The notes below the pieces were generated by a model, which saw nothing but the letters and a program-made list of their open reading frames with translations, had not been told where the DNA came from and did no database searches. Below, piece after piece: positions 10,278-23,338 of a DNA stretch of 32,000 nt. A program made the position numbers and the translations under genes. Numbering within the stretch: the stretch's first letter is position 1; each line of letters begins with the position of its first letter. The DNA is from Mycobacterium leprae TN (GTDB taxonomy: Bacteria; Actinomycetota; Actinomycetes; Mycobacteriales; Mycobacteriaceae), in NCBI RefSeq assembly GCF_000195855.1, contig NC_002677.1, positions 1,230,001-1,262,000 on the forward strand. Direction: 5' to 3'.

Positions 10278-10697
10278 GTGATGGCCGACCGCGGGCAGGT
10301 GTTCCGGCGCGTGTTCTCTTGGCTCCCTGCTCAATTTGCGTCCCAGAACGATGCGCCAGTAGGCGCGCCACGGCGGTTCGGCTCCACCGAACATCTGTCC
10401 GTCGAGGCGATCGCGGCGTTTGTCGATGGTGAGTTGCGAATGAACGCGCACTTGCGCGCTGCGCATCACATTTCGCTCTGCGCTCAATGCGCGGCCGAAG
10501 TCGATGATCAAAGCCGAACGCGTGCAGCGCTGCGTGACTCTCACCCGATTCGCATCCCGAGCACGTTATTCGGATTACTGACTGCAATTCCGCGCTGTTC
10601 GCCTGACTACACATCGCCGGTCTCTGAGCCCTTTTCGGAAGGATCAGTATCCGACCGTTTCGTTGATGGCGTTGCCCGTGAACAGGGTAAACGCTGA
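10278..10697 (+). CDS. rseA: Anti-sigma-E factor with zinc-binding ZAS-type motif
   Basis: 139-aa ORF with 'LSVEAIAAFVDGELRMNAHLRAAHHISLCAQCAAEVDDQ' (H-x3-C-x2-C) immediately downstream of sigE. Confidence 0.9.
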   Translation: MMADRGQVFRRVFSWLPAQFASQNDAPVGAPRRFGSTEHLSVEAIAAFVDGELRMNAHLRAAHHISLCAQCAAEVDDQSRTRAALRDSHPIRIPSTLFGLLTAIPRCSPDYTSPVSEPFSEGSVSDRFVDGVAREQGKR

Positions 10698-10747
10698 TAG
10701 CTTGACAGCTAAGTTACCGAGTTCAGGTGATAGCTGCTGGCGTGTGA

Positions 10748-12372
<1,625 letters not shown>

Positions 12373-12373
<1 letters not shown>

Positions 12374-12735
12374 TGTTCGCCAACATTGGTTGGGGGGAAA
12401 TGCTCGTCCTTGTGGTCGTCGGGCTGGTGGTGCTTGGCCCGGAACGGTTTCCCGGAGCCATCCGCTGGACGTTGGGCGCACTGCGGCAGACGCGCGATTA
12501 CCTCAGCGGTGTGACCAACCAGCTGCGCGAGGACATTGGCCCCGAGTTCGACGATCTGCGTGGCCAATTCGGGGAGCTACAGAAGTTGCGGGGTATGACA
12601 CCCCGTGCAGCGCTTACCAAGCACCTCCTCGACGGCGATGACTCCCTGTTTACGGGGAACTTCGACCGGCCTGCTGCGGCTAAACAACAGGACCGCGACC
12701 ATCACCAGACGCCATTCGATACTGATGCGACCTGA
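12373..12735 (+). CDS. tatB: Sec-independent (twin-arginine) translocase subunit TatB
   Basis: GTG start overlapping the end of htrA; '[63 protein letters not shown]'. Confidence 0.95.
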
Positions 12736-12766
12736 TTTTAGCTTCACTTGCTGCAAGATTGTTGAA

Positions 12767-13691
12767 TTGTACTTTGTGTGCATGTTCTGTTGTGGGGGTG
12801 GAGTAAAGGGTGGCGGTGTGTTGCAGTGTTGTGAGTTGATGTGATCGATCGTTAACCGTTCGTTTGGGTTGGGTGGGGGTGGGGATCGTGCGTGAGATCA
12901 CCAGCAAGGGTGGGGCCCGCGTGTTTGCGGGTTGCTTTGGGGGTTGCACTGATTCGACACCAACTATGCTGGCTAAGACGCTCAATCGGGTTACTGAGCT
13001 TGTATTGCTTAGCTATGCAGTGAGCAGTGGGCCCAGTGGCTTTAAAGGCCGGCAAGGTGAGCGTTGTGGGCAGCTGCGTACGGAGATAGACATGTGTGCT
13101 GGCCAAGAAGTACAGTCCCGAACAAATTGTGGGGGTGTTGGCCCAAAACCTATCCCGACCGGCCCGAAAGATGCAGGTGTCCTATAAAACACTTCAACAT
13201 CGAGTCCAAGCTCAACCAACATGTGCGCACTGGGTGGATGTTCCGCACGCTGAGGGCACAGCACGCTAAAACCGGGCACCACCATTATTCTCTAGGTATG
13301 GCCACCACCAGTGCACGTCCCGCGAAAACTACACGACCGTGTGGTGCTCTAACCTCATAGCATTGGGCGGATGATGTAATCATCGGCAAAAATTAGACCC
13401 CCAAATCGGCGCCCTGGCCGAACACAAGTAGCGGATTCGTGCAGCTGCTACACCTATCCAAGGACCACAGCACTGATGTGATCACTGCGGCCATGATCAA
13501 CCACAAGACAACGCCCTACCACAGAATCGCTGTACAACCCCAGCGTGAGACCAAGACCTCGAAACGACTCTCATACCCGCATCACCACGGCATCGATACC
13601 GACCTTTGCGACCTGACGCACCGACCCGCCAATACACTGACCCACCACCCTTTACTCCACCCCCACAACAGAACATGCACACAAAGTACAA
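12767..13691. repeat. 925-bp segment bounded by 47-bp perfect inverted repeats; candidate M. leprae dispersed repeat element or rearrangement scar
   Basis: 12767-12813 ttgtactttgtgtgcatgttctgttgtgggggtggagtaaagggtgg is exactly the reverse complement of 13645-13691. The interior has no convincing coding frame and lies between convergent tatB and mrp. Confidence 0.75.
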
Positions 13692-13754
13692 GTCAACAGT
13701 TACATTTCGACGAATGTGAACCGCCGACGAACTTGCCAGTGCGACTCCTTAGCG

Positions 13755-14906
13755 TTAGCGCCGCGACGGGTCGAGCCCCAGTGACACCCCTGCCAGTCTG
13801 CGCTGCCGCGATGACAATCCGTCGGCGATGCGGAGCAGTTCCTTGCCTACCGGCGAGTCGGACGCGTTCAACACGATTGGTATACCCGAATCACCGGCGG
13901 CCACCAGCGCGGGGTCCAGCGGGATCTGACCCAGCAGCGGCACGTCGGTGCCGACTGCACGTGAGAGCCGCTCGGCGACTTGTTGGCCTCCGCCTTCGCC
14001 AAATACTTGTAGTCTTGAGCCGTCCGGCATCATAAGTCCCGACATGTTCTCCACGACACCGACAATACGTTGGCGGGTCTGTAGGGCGATGCTGCCGGCT
14101 CGTTCGGCTACCTCGGCTGCGGCCAGCTGTGGCGTGGTCACCACGAGAATCTCGGCGTTCGGGATTAACTGAGCTACCGAGATGGCGATGTCGCCGGTGC
14201 CCGGCGGCAGATCGAGCATCAGCACGTCCAGATCGCCCCAATACACGTCGGATAGAAACTGCTGCAATGCCCGGTGCAGCATTGGCCCGCGCCATATTAC
14301 CGGCGTGTTGCCCTCGGTGAACTGGCCTATCGAGATGACTTTTACCTCGTGGACGATAGGCGGTAAAATCATTGACTCAAGCTGTATAGGTCGCTGGTTG
14401 CTACCCATCATCCGGGGGATGGAGTGGCCGTGGATGTCGGCGTCGAGAACCCCGACCGCCAGGCCGCGGGCAGCAATCGCCGTGGCTAGGTTGACGGTGA
14501 CGGTGGACTTTCCGACTCCTCCCTTGCCGGATGCCACTGTATACACTCGGGTCAGCGAGTTGGGTTGAGCGAACGGGATCATCGGTTCACGGGCATCACC
14601 GCGTAACTTTTTGCGCAACTTGGTGCGCTGCTCGTCGCTCATCACGTCCAGACTGACCTCCACTGCCGCGGTGCCGGGAACGTCAGCAATAGCCTTGGTG
14701 ACGCGTTTACTGATTTCGGATTTTTTCGGGCAGCTAGCGATGGTCAGGTAAATCCCTACCTGTACGTTGCCACCCGGCTCGATGTCGATGTTTTTGACCA
14801 TCCCGAGTTCAGTGATGGGGCGCTGTAGTTCGGGGTCGATCACTTTTGCCAGCGCTGTGCTGACCGCCGATTTCAGGTCGGCAGCGTTACGATCAGTTCT
14901 AGACAT
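13755..14906 (-). CDS. mrp: Mrp/NBP35-family Fe-S cluster carrier ATPase
   Basis: 383-aa frame from ATG at 14906 (MSRTDRNAADLKSAVSTALAKVIDPELQRPITELGMVKNI...). Deviant Walker A 'VASGKGGVGKSTVTVNLATAIAARG' and 'DVLMLDLPPGTGDIAISVAQLIPNAEILVVTTPQLAAAEVAERAG'. The ORF track extends to 15062 but internal M53 fits better. Confidence 0.94.
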   Translation of the reverse strand: MSRTDRNAADLKSAVSTALAKVIDPELQRPITELGMVKNIDIEPGGNVQVGIYLTIASCPKKSEISKRVTKAIADVPGTAAVEVSLDVMSDEQRTKLRKKLRGDAREPMIPFAQPNSLTRVYTVASGKGGVGKSTVTVNLATAIAARGLAVGVLDADIHGHSIPRMMGSNQRPIQLESMILPPIVHEVKVISIGQFTEGNTPVIWRGPMLHRALQQFLSDVYWGDLDVLMLDLPPGTGDIAISVAQLIPNAEILVVTTPQLAAAEVAERAGSIALQTRQRIVGVVENMSGLMMPDGSRLQVFGEGGGQQVAERLSRAVGTDVPLLGQIPLDPALVAAGDSGIPIVLNASDSPVGKELLRIADGLSSRQRRLAGVSLGLDPSRR

Positions 14907-15069
14907 CACAGCCGAGTGTAGGTGGCTCGACGTTCGCTCGGCCCGCCGAGTAGTCAGTTGGCCGGAGCGGGCGCCGAGCTCGATGGGTCGATGCAGATCA
15001 GTGTGGCAGCAAGGCAGTGGCGCTACTGGTTGCGATGTGCCGGGTGCCAGCCACGAACACACATTGGCG

Positions 15070-15620
15070 GCTGCCTAACGGGCTTGAAGTCGATCAGTGG
15101 CAGCTGGGCTATCGGATCCTCGTTAATCGGCTGTGTCGTTGACGTTCAACGGCAGTCTAGGGCCGAGTCCATCCGGACGTTCGAGGTGTGCGTCGCCAAG
15201 TAGCGACACCGGCTCGGTGATTGGCAGCAGATCCACCAGGTGACGCCGGTGGCATAGGTCGCGACCCAACCCAGCACGTTCTGTGCGTATGTCGCCGAGT
15301 TGAGTGCTTGTAGCATAAGACCCCGACGAATAACCTGCGGTAGATGGCGCAGGTTGGTCCCGTCGCTGCATAGGTACCGGGCAGTGGCCAGTGTGGAAGT
15401 CTGAACAGATTTTGTGGATCGGCTGTGCCCGGCCGATGCCGTGGCCTTTGACGTCGAAGGCGTATCGTGCTCCGGACGTAGGCACCCGCGTTGTTCGACG
15501 CGCCTGCTACTGCACTGCTGCGACGGCCGGATTTGCACCCCAGCGTTCCCTTATGCGCACGCAAACTATCCTCAGTGCGCTGTGGGCAACCACATCTTCT
15601 AACCTATTACTTAGTCTCAT
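15070..15620 (-). pseudogene. Non-functional remnant of a minus-strand gene (Rv1230c region), product unclear
   Basis: Overlapping minus-strand fragments in three frames (15123..15485, 15146..15538, 15157..15564) without a full domain, e.g. 'NVLGWVATYATGVTWWICC'. Assigned mainly from synteny. Confidence 0.35.
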
Positions 15621-15913
15621 GAACAAATTTACCGTACATAACACAATTCTTGTGACCGGAGTAGCGCAATGAGGGCGTGGTTCTCACCTGGATTTCTTCG
15701 TGCGCCGATCGATGCCGTCACCGGTCTGGATCGGCTCGATACACGAGTCTTTTAGTGCTTGATGTGGGTATTCGCGCGTCCTGACCTTGCCGATAGCTGG
15801 CCACAAAGTAGCCAGTTAGCGGGTAAAATACTCGGTGTCGAACTTGGTGTGCGCAGCGTTACGACGATCTTCTTCGAGTGCAACTCGGTCTCGGTTCTCT
15901 TAACGATTCTGGG

Positions 15914-16400
15914 CTAGCCGAATGAGCGGTGCCGCGTAGGCGGCTTGTGTGGAGAAAAGCCAGGTTGAGCACGATTAATAGGGTATGGATCCCAGCGCCA
16001 CTTGAGTGCGAACAGATTCAATGCGACCCACAACAACACCACGATTGTGTGCAGCAGCAGATAGCAGCCGGTGCTAAAGAAACGCGCGATTGACTCGGTG
16101 ATGTGCTCGGACGGTCTCGGCGGCCCAACTCGGTGGCAACCTGCGCGATGTTCGTGTGGTAAGCATCGTAGCGGGGGGACTTCCGCATAAGGATCCCTCC
16201 TGGTGCACCGGTGGATTCCGTCCTCTGAGAGCTCTGGCACATCCACGCGCCAATCGTAAGGCAGAAGATGGTCGAACAGGTCGGTCCACGCTCACCTCTA
16301 CCGAAAGGTGATTTTGGTTGTCTAGCACCGGCCCGTGTAACAGGGCGCAGGCGGCCAGGTACCGGGTCACCGGGACCAAGGAAGTCTCCGGTGTCAGCGT
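15914..16400 (-). pseudogene. Degraded DUF1003-like membrane protein
   Basis: ORF 15914..16246 minus retains 'TESIARFFSTGCYLLLHTIVVLLWVALNLFALKWRWDPYPI', the transmembrane pattern of DUF1003 proteins, then shifts frame. Confidence 0.6.
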
Positions 16401-16449
16401 AGGTGTAGGTAGTTGAGTGTTGATAATTCCACGGACTAGCTTGGCTGCC

Positions 16450-16765
16450 GCTTTGCGGAGCAGCCGTTAAAGGTGTACGTAGCCTAGGTAGACACCCGGT
16501 AAGGTGTGGCTGTGGGCGGGTTGGGCTACGAACACCATTGACGACAGCGTGGGGGAAGGTCGGAATCATCGCTGCCACCCGCAGAATCAGGATGAAAATG
16601 CTGCGGCTGGTCGCCCAATTGGCGGCCAATCCCAGGATTCGTGGTTGCTGGTGTACGATACTTATGCTGATCACGACATCACGGATTCGCCTGCAGGATT
16701 CGTCAAGTGGGCCCAATACCAACATCCGCGAGAGCAGCGCCATATGCACCTTATTGACCGATCCC
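16450..16765 (-). pseudogene. Degraded PRC-barrel/MgtE-like protein (Rv1232c-like), N-terminal remnant
   Basis: Minus frame of ORF 16018..17007 reads 'MGSVNKVHMALLSRMLVLGPLDESCRRIRDVVISISIVHQQPRILGLAANWATSRSIFILILRVAAMIP', resembling the first domain of Rv1232c as I recall it. Downstream sequence is disrupted. Confidence 0.55.
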
Positions 16766-16838
16766 ATGCCGGTAGAGCGCAAGCAGCCGCGTCCCAGATA
16801 GGCAGTTGCCCGGATCGGTATGGTAGTACCACACAGGC

Positions 16839-17465
16839 TTAGTGCGAATGCAGCGCGAATACTGCGACGGTCAAACTCACCAGCAGGGTCGCGATCCCGA
16901 TCACTATGCCGGCAACGGCTAGGCCGTAGCCTTCTTGGCGAGTCCGCTTGGTCTGCTCGAGGGCGATGGCGCCGAGCACGATGGCCAGGATCGAGCCTAT
17001 GCAGCACACCAACCCGGCGAACGAGGATATTAGCGAGGCGATCGCCATCACGTTCATTCCTGGCTGTGTTGCTCCGTAACCCCCCAGGTAATTCGGCGGA
17101 TAGTAGCCCCCCGGATAGTTGCCTGGATATTCACCCGGATGCCAAAGTGACCCAGGACCATGGCCAGTTGCAGGTGTGCCAAATTGCGGCGGTGGGTAGG
17201 GCGGCCCACCATAGCTTAGCGGTTGTCCGTATCCCGGTGGGGTGGGCGCTATGGGTTCTGGATAGTCGGTCGGAAGGTCCGACGGATAGCCTGGAGGAAC
17301 ATCAGGTAGCGGATATGTCGCGTGCGTGTGATCGGCTGCGTGCGGTGGTGCGGTCGGATGCCAGGGGCCACCCCAAACCGGCTGTCTTGGGGGCCTCGTA
17401 ACGGCTGGCGGGTTCGCCTCATCTTCGTGGGCACTCTCGCCGAAGGCGTCGCCGGGAGCTGTCAT
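16839..17465 (-). CDS. Proline/tyrosine-rich DUF4190-type membrane protein (Rv1233c-like)
   Basis: N-terminal low-complexity Pro/Gly/Tyr-rich region, then 'MNVMAIASLISSFAGLVCCIGSILAIVLGAIALEQTKRTRQEGYGLAVAGIVIGIATLLVSLTVAVFAL'. The ORF could start at 17510; MTAPGDAF at 17465 is the more likely start. Confidence 0.82.
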   Translation of the reverse strand: MTAPGDAFGESAHEDEANPPAVTRPPRQPVWGGPWHPTAPPHAADHTHATYPLPDVPPGYPSDLPTDYPEPIAPTPPGYGQPLSYGGPPYPPPQFGTPATGHGPGSLWHPGEYPGNYPGGYYPPNYLGGYGATQPGMNVMAIASLISSFAGLVCCIGSILAIVLGAIALEQTKRTRQEGYGLAVAGIVIGIATLLVSLTVAVFALHSH

Positions 17466-17959
17466 GCTGTTAAACATTAGCCTATGCGCTATCGGTGGCT
17501 GCGGTCGCAAATCGAAGGCGGTAGCGGATGATTCGACGGGTTGGTGAGACGGCGTGGTGTCGGGTCAGCACTGGATCCACAACTACGGGTGTGCTCTGCG
17601 TGCCGTGGGGCCTGGCACTGAAAGCGAGGGATGTCATGTTTGATTAAAGTAAAGGTTGTCTTGTCTGCAGGTTTCTCTGGAGAGTGTGGAAGTGTTCAGA
17701 TGAAACGATGGTCCAGGAATGAGAGGGCAGAGGAGAATGTGAGCATCGATGACTAGCCTTTTCCGTCTGGACAGGTTCCTGCGACGACGGGCGCGGGTCG
17801 CCTTGACAGGCCCGGGTTACCGACTTCGCCCAAAGGCTGGCCTGTCGGGCCGTAGCTGAAGCTATGCCGAAGAAAAGCAGGTCATTCACTAGCAACTATC
17901 CGAAAAGTAATTCTCGGTTCAGCAGGTGACCATTGTTGGTGTCGACCGCATGTGCAGAT

Positions 17960-18275
17960 GGAATGGGTTACATGTCAGTTAACATGGGCAAAAGTACTTG
18001 GGTGACGGCGTACTGAGCGGGCCCTGGCTTGGTTTGTTTATCGGGTTGGTTTTTGGCTTCTATTTTTTTAGTCCTAATCCGTGTGTGACGTTGACCACTA
18101 GTTTGGTCGCCAGTGTGTTTTCGGTTGATGACTTCCGCAGTTCCCTACGCAATGACCCGTGGTACAAGGAATTTCAGTTTCACTTTACACCAACTTCAGT
18201 TTGACTTTACAATTTTTAGTGGCCGACCGCTACAACGTACTCTGCTATCCGGACAATGCGGAGAAGGCGCGCGAT
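17960..18275 (+). pseudogene. Degraded small membrane protein, general-stress-protein-like (Rv1234-like)
   Basis: Plus-strand fragments in successive frames: 'GDGVLSGPWLGLFIGLVFGFYFFSPNPCVTLTTSLVASVF', 'MTRGTRNFSF', '[25 protein letters not shown]'. Confidence 0.6.
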
Positions 18276-18282
18276 CTGCTGA

Positions 18283-19731
<1,449 letters not shown>

Positions 19732-19759
19732 CCGTCTGCTTGTGGGGAGAGCAGCGGCT

Positions 19760-20674
19760 ATGACAGCGGTGGTCGGCAAGTCGTGGCACGTGCGCGCCAG
19801 CAGTGTGCAGCCAGAACAGCGACTGGCGTTTCTTCTGGTTACGCCCGCGGCGATGTTGATGCTGGTGGTGACGGCCTATCCTATCGGATACGCGGTCTGG
19901 CTGAGTCTGCAACGTTACAGCTTGGCGACCCCGAACGAGACTGTGTTTATCGGTTTAGGCAACTACCAAACAATCTTGACCGACCCGTATTGGTGGACGG
20001 CACTTGCGGTGACTTTGGCGATCACTGTGGTTTCAGTGTCGATCGAATTCATTCTGGGCCTGATGCTGGCGCTGGTGATGCACCGCACCCTCCTCGGCAA
20101 GAGCCTGGTGCGCATCGCGGTGCTCATCCCTTACAGCATCGTCACGGTGGTCGCGTCATACAGTTGGTATTATGCCTGGACGCCGGGCACCGGATATTTG
20201 GCGAGCCTGCTGCCCCAAGGTAGTGTGCCGTTGACCGAACAGATCCCGTCTTTGAGCATAGTTATCATCGTGGAGGTCTGGAAGACTACCCCGTTCATGT
20301 CGTTGTTGTTACTGGTCGGGTTGGCACTGGTTCCTGAGGATTTGCTTAAAGCTGCGCAGATGGATGGCGCTGGTGCGTGGCGGCGGCTGACCAAGATCAT
20401 CTTGCCGATCATTAAGCCGGCGGTCATGGTGGCGTTGTTATTCCGGACGTTGGACGCGTTCCGCATTTTCGACAACATCTATGTGTTGACCCGAGGCGTC
20501 AACAACACCGATTCGGTATCGATCCTGGGCTACGACAACCTGTTTAAAGGATTCAACGTGGGGCTTGGCTCGGCTATCAGTGTGCTGATCTTCGGCTGCG
20601 TAGCTCTAATCGCGGTGATTTTCATCAAGGTGTTCGGTGTCGTGGCGCCCGGAGGTGACAGCAATGGGTATTGA
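19760..20674 (+). CDS. sugA: Trehalose ABC importer permease SugA
   Basis: ATG at 19760 ([35 protein letters not shown]...). Binding-protein-dependent permease with EAA-like '[34 protein letters not shown]'. Confidence 0.94.
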   Translation: MTAVVGKSWHVRASSVQPEQRLAFLLVTPAAMLMLVVTAYPIGYAVWLSLQRYSLATPNETVFIGLGNYQTILTDPYWWTALAVTLAITVVSVSIEFILGLMLALVMHRTLLGKSLVRIAVLIPYSIVTVVASYSWYYAWTPGTGYLASLLPQGSVPLTEQIPSLSIVIIVEVWKTTPFMSLLLLVGLALVPEDLLKAAQMDGAGAWRRLTKIILPIIKPAVMVALLFRTLDAFRIFDNIYVLTRGVNNTDSVSILGYDNLFKGFNVGLGSAISVLIFGCVALIAVIFIKVFGVVAPGGDSNGY

Positions 20675-21527
20675 AAAAGTAAAAGTAACGGCAGGGGTTC
20701 GGGTGGGTGCGCGGCGCGCCACGATTTGGGTAATCATCGACACCTTCGTGGTGGGATATGCGTTATTGCCAGTGCTGTGGATTCTCAGCCTGTCACTCAA
20801 ACCAGCGTCAACGGTCAAGGACGGCAAGCTGATTCCGTCGTTAGTGACTTTCGACAACTATCGCGGCATCTTTCGAAGCGATCTTTTCAGCTCGGCGCTG
20901 ATCAACTCCATCGGGATCGGATTGACTACCACCGTGATAGCGGTGATGTTCGGTGCGATGGCAGCCTACGCGATTGCCCGGCTGGCTTTCCCCGGCAAGC
21001 GGTTACTTGTTGGTACCACCCTGCTGGTCACTATGTTCCCAGCGATTTCGTTGGTGACGCCGTTGTTCAACATCGAACGCCGGGTCGGTCTGTTCGATAC
21101 GTGGGCTGGGCTGATTTTGCCCTACATCACTTTCGCGTTGCCGCTTGCTATCTATACCTTGTCAGCATTCTTCGCCGAAATTCCTTGGGATTTAGAGAAA
21201 GCCGCCAAGATGGATGGCGCCACGTCGGGTCAGGCTTTCCGTAAGGTGATTGTCCCGCTGGCGGCACCGGGCTTGGTCACCGCGGCGATTCTGGTGTTCA
21301 TCTTCGCTTGGAATGATCTGCTGCTAGCATTGTCGTTGACCTCCACTAAGGCGGCGATAACAGCCCCGGTTGCAATCACAAACTTTACTGGCAGTTCACA
21401 GTTCGAGGAGCCGACCGGCTCGATTGCGGCTGGGGCAATTGTGATTACAGCGCCGATCATCGTCTTTGTTTGGATTTTCCAGCGACGAATTGTTGCCGGG
21501 TTAACTTCTGGTGCTGTGAAGGGATAG
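20664..21527 (+). CDS. sugB: Trehalose ABC importer permease SugB
   Basis: '[53 protein letters not shown]' EAA motif and six TM helices. Start overlaps the sugA 3' end. Confidence 0.94.
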   Translation: MGIEKVKVTAGVRVGARRATIWVIIDTFVVGYALLPVLWILSLSLKPASTVKDGKLIPSLVTFDNYRGIFRSDLFSSALINSIGIGLTTTVIAVMFGAMAAYAIARLAFPGKRLLVGTTLLVTMFPAISLVTPLFNIERRVGLFDTWAGLILPYITFALPLAIYTLSAFFAEIPWDLEKAAKMDGATSGQAFRKVIVPLAAPGLVTAAILVFIFAWNDLLLALSLTSTKAAITAPVAITNFTGSSQFEEPTGSIAAGAIVITAPIIVFVWIFQRRIVAGLTSGAVKG

Positions 21528-21531
21528 CTCG

Positions 21532-22710
21532 ATGGCCGAGATTGTGCTGGAGCACGTCAACAAGAATTACCCGAACGGTGCGACGGCGGTGCATGACCTT
21601 TCCATCACCGTCGCCGACGGGGAATTCCTCATCCTGATAGGGCCTTCAGGCTGCGGCAAGACCACGACTCTGAATATGATTGCTGGACTTGAGGATATTT
21701 CTTCGGGTGAGCTAAGAATCGACGGCGATCGGGTCAACGAGAAGGCGCCCAAGGATCGTGATATCGCGATGGTGTTCCAGTCTTACGCGCTTTACCCGCA
21801 TATGACCGTGCGACAGAATATCGCGTTCCCGCTGATGCTGGCCAAGGTGAAGAAAGCGGAGATAGCGCAGAAGGTTTCCGAGACTGCTCAAATCCTTGAT
21901 TTGACCGATCTTTTGGACCGTAAGCCCTCGCAGTTGTCTGGCGGGCAACGACAACGGGTCGCGATGGGCCGGGCAATTGTTCGTCACCCCAAGGCATTCT
22001 TGATGGACGAGCCGTTGTCCAACCTGGATGCTAAACTACGGGTGCGGACGCGTGGTGAAATCGCCCGGCTGCAGCGCAGGTTGGGTGCCACCACCGTTTA
22101 TGTCACCCACGATCAAACTGAAGCCATGACGCTAGGGGATCGCGTGGTGGTCATGCGCTCTGGTGTTGTACAGCAGATCGGTACGCCCGATGAGCTTTAT
22201 GAACGTCCGGTCAATCTCTTCGTCGCGGGGTTTATCGGTTCGCCGGTGATGAATTTCTTCCCTGCCAAGTTGACACCGAACGGACTGACCCTGCCCTTGG
22301 GGGAACTGAACTTGTCGCGGGACGTCCAGGCGATGATCGGACAGCACCCGGTGCCGGACAGGGTTATTGTCGGGGTGCGACCCGAGCATCTGACCGATGC
22401 TAAGTTGATCGACGCACATCAACACGGCACGGTGTTAACTTTTAAGGTGAAGGTTGACTTGGTCGAATCACTGGGGGCCGACAAATACATCTATTTTACT
22501 ACGACTGGTTGTGATGTGTATTCAGCCCAGTTGGACGAGTTAGCTTCCGAGTTGGAAGTACGTGAAAATCAGTTTGTGGCAAGAGTTTCCGCTGAATCAA
22601 AAATGGCCATAGGAGAGTCGATTGAGTTGGCTTTCGGCACAGCAAAAATAGCTGTTTTCGACGCTGACTCTGGGGTGAATCTGACTGTTTCTGCACCGAC
22701 TGATGCGTAG
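21532..22710 (+). CDS. sugC: Trehalose ABC importer ATP-binding protein SugC
   Basis: 392-aa MalK/UgpC-type ATPase: Walker A 'GPSGCGKTT', signature 'LSGGQRQRVAMGRAI', Walker B 'AFLMDEPLSNLD', TOBE-like C-terminus. Confidence 0.95.
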   Translation: MAEIVLEHVNKNYPNGATAVHDLSITVADGEFLILIGPSGCGKTTTLNMIAGLEDISSGELRIDGDRVNEKAPKDRDIAMVFQSYALYPHMTVRQNIAFPLMLAKVKKAEIAQKVSETAQILDLTDLLDRKPSQLSGGQRQRVAMGRAIVRHPKAFLMDEPLSNLDAKLRVRTRGEIARLQRRLGATTVYVTHDQTEAMTLGDRVVVMRSGVVQQIGTPDELYERPVNLFVAGFIGSPVMNFFPAKLTPNGLTLPLGELNLSRDVQAMIGQHPVPDRVIVGVRPEHLTDAKLIDAHQHGTVLTFKVKVDLVESLGADKYIYFTTTGCDVYSAQLDELASELEVRENQFVARVSAESKMAIGESIELAFGTAKIAVFDADSGVNLTVSAPTDA

Positions 22711-23240
22711 TGACACAGGACTCTGGCACAAGTACGTGCATACCTGTGCAGCATGTTCACTGAGGTAGGTACCCTAGATATACTCATTGAGTCCGATTCC
22801 GTGAGCGTGACGTTCCTGGGTACCGAATCTATCGAGATGTTGCGATTACGTTCTGGAGCAGACGGATTGCTATACTAAGTGTGATTGGGGTGCTCGCGTT
22901 ATTCGATGAATGATCCGACCGAGATTCCAGCTGACCAATTGCGTAGCCCACGTGTTGAAGTTGTTCTGTCCCTGCGTGATCTCGGGCCGATCACCGGACT
23001 GGTACGCACCTGGCGGTCGACGGTGTGGTGCTGGTCGAGGACGCTCTGATCAACCTCAGATCGCTGCTGTGGGCAAAACCATCGGGGCGTTTGCTGTTTA
23101 ATCGTGGTGTTGTTAGGTCGCAGTAGTATTCCTGAGCTGCCGATGCAGCCTCTTCGGGGTCTAGTACTTTTTCTATCGGTGACTCCTGTCACAGCGACTG
23201 AGGAATCCTGGTTGTGGCTCAAGGAAACTCTTGGTGCTCA
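22711..23240 (+). pseudogene. Probable decayed gene remnant between sugC and corA, family unassigned
   Basis: Coding-like plus-strand stretches in different frames: 'HRTLAQVRAYLCSMFTEVGTLDILIESDSVSVTFLGTESIEMLRLRSGADGLLY*' (22714-22878) and 'HLAVDGVVLVEDALINLRSLLWAKPSGRLLFNRGVVRSQ*' near 23003-23130. Confidence 0.4.
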
Positions 23241-23338
23241 AGCTATGCGGCAGGATGGCAGACGACGTGCTGGATCCGAATCGCCGTATTGCACAATTTC
23301 ACTGACGGCGGGCAGCTGCGGCACGCATTGTTGCCAGG

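Noticed and set aside
12852-13360. ORFs inside the inverted-repeat segment (12852..13106 -, 12864..13187 +, 13064..13360 +)
   Set aside because: No transposase or other domain motif and no consistent frame. They are considered chance ORFs in repeat DNA.
13439-14035. 198-aa plus-strand ORF across the right inverted-repeat arm
   Set aside because: It runs through the repeat arm and into antisense of mrp; composition is Thr/His/Arg-rich with no domain.
16018-17007. 329-aa minus ORF spanning the Rv1233c-like gene end and downstream
   Set aside because: The first part is a frame overlapping the DUF4190 gene. Only the 16450-16765 portion resembles a known domain, so I recorded it as a pseudogene remnant and not as an intact gene.
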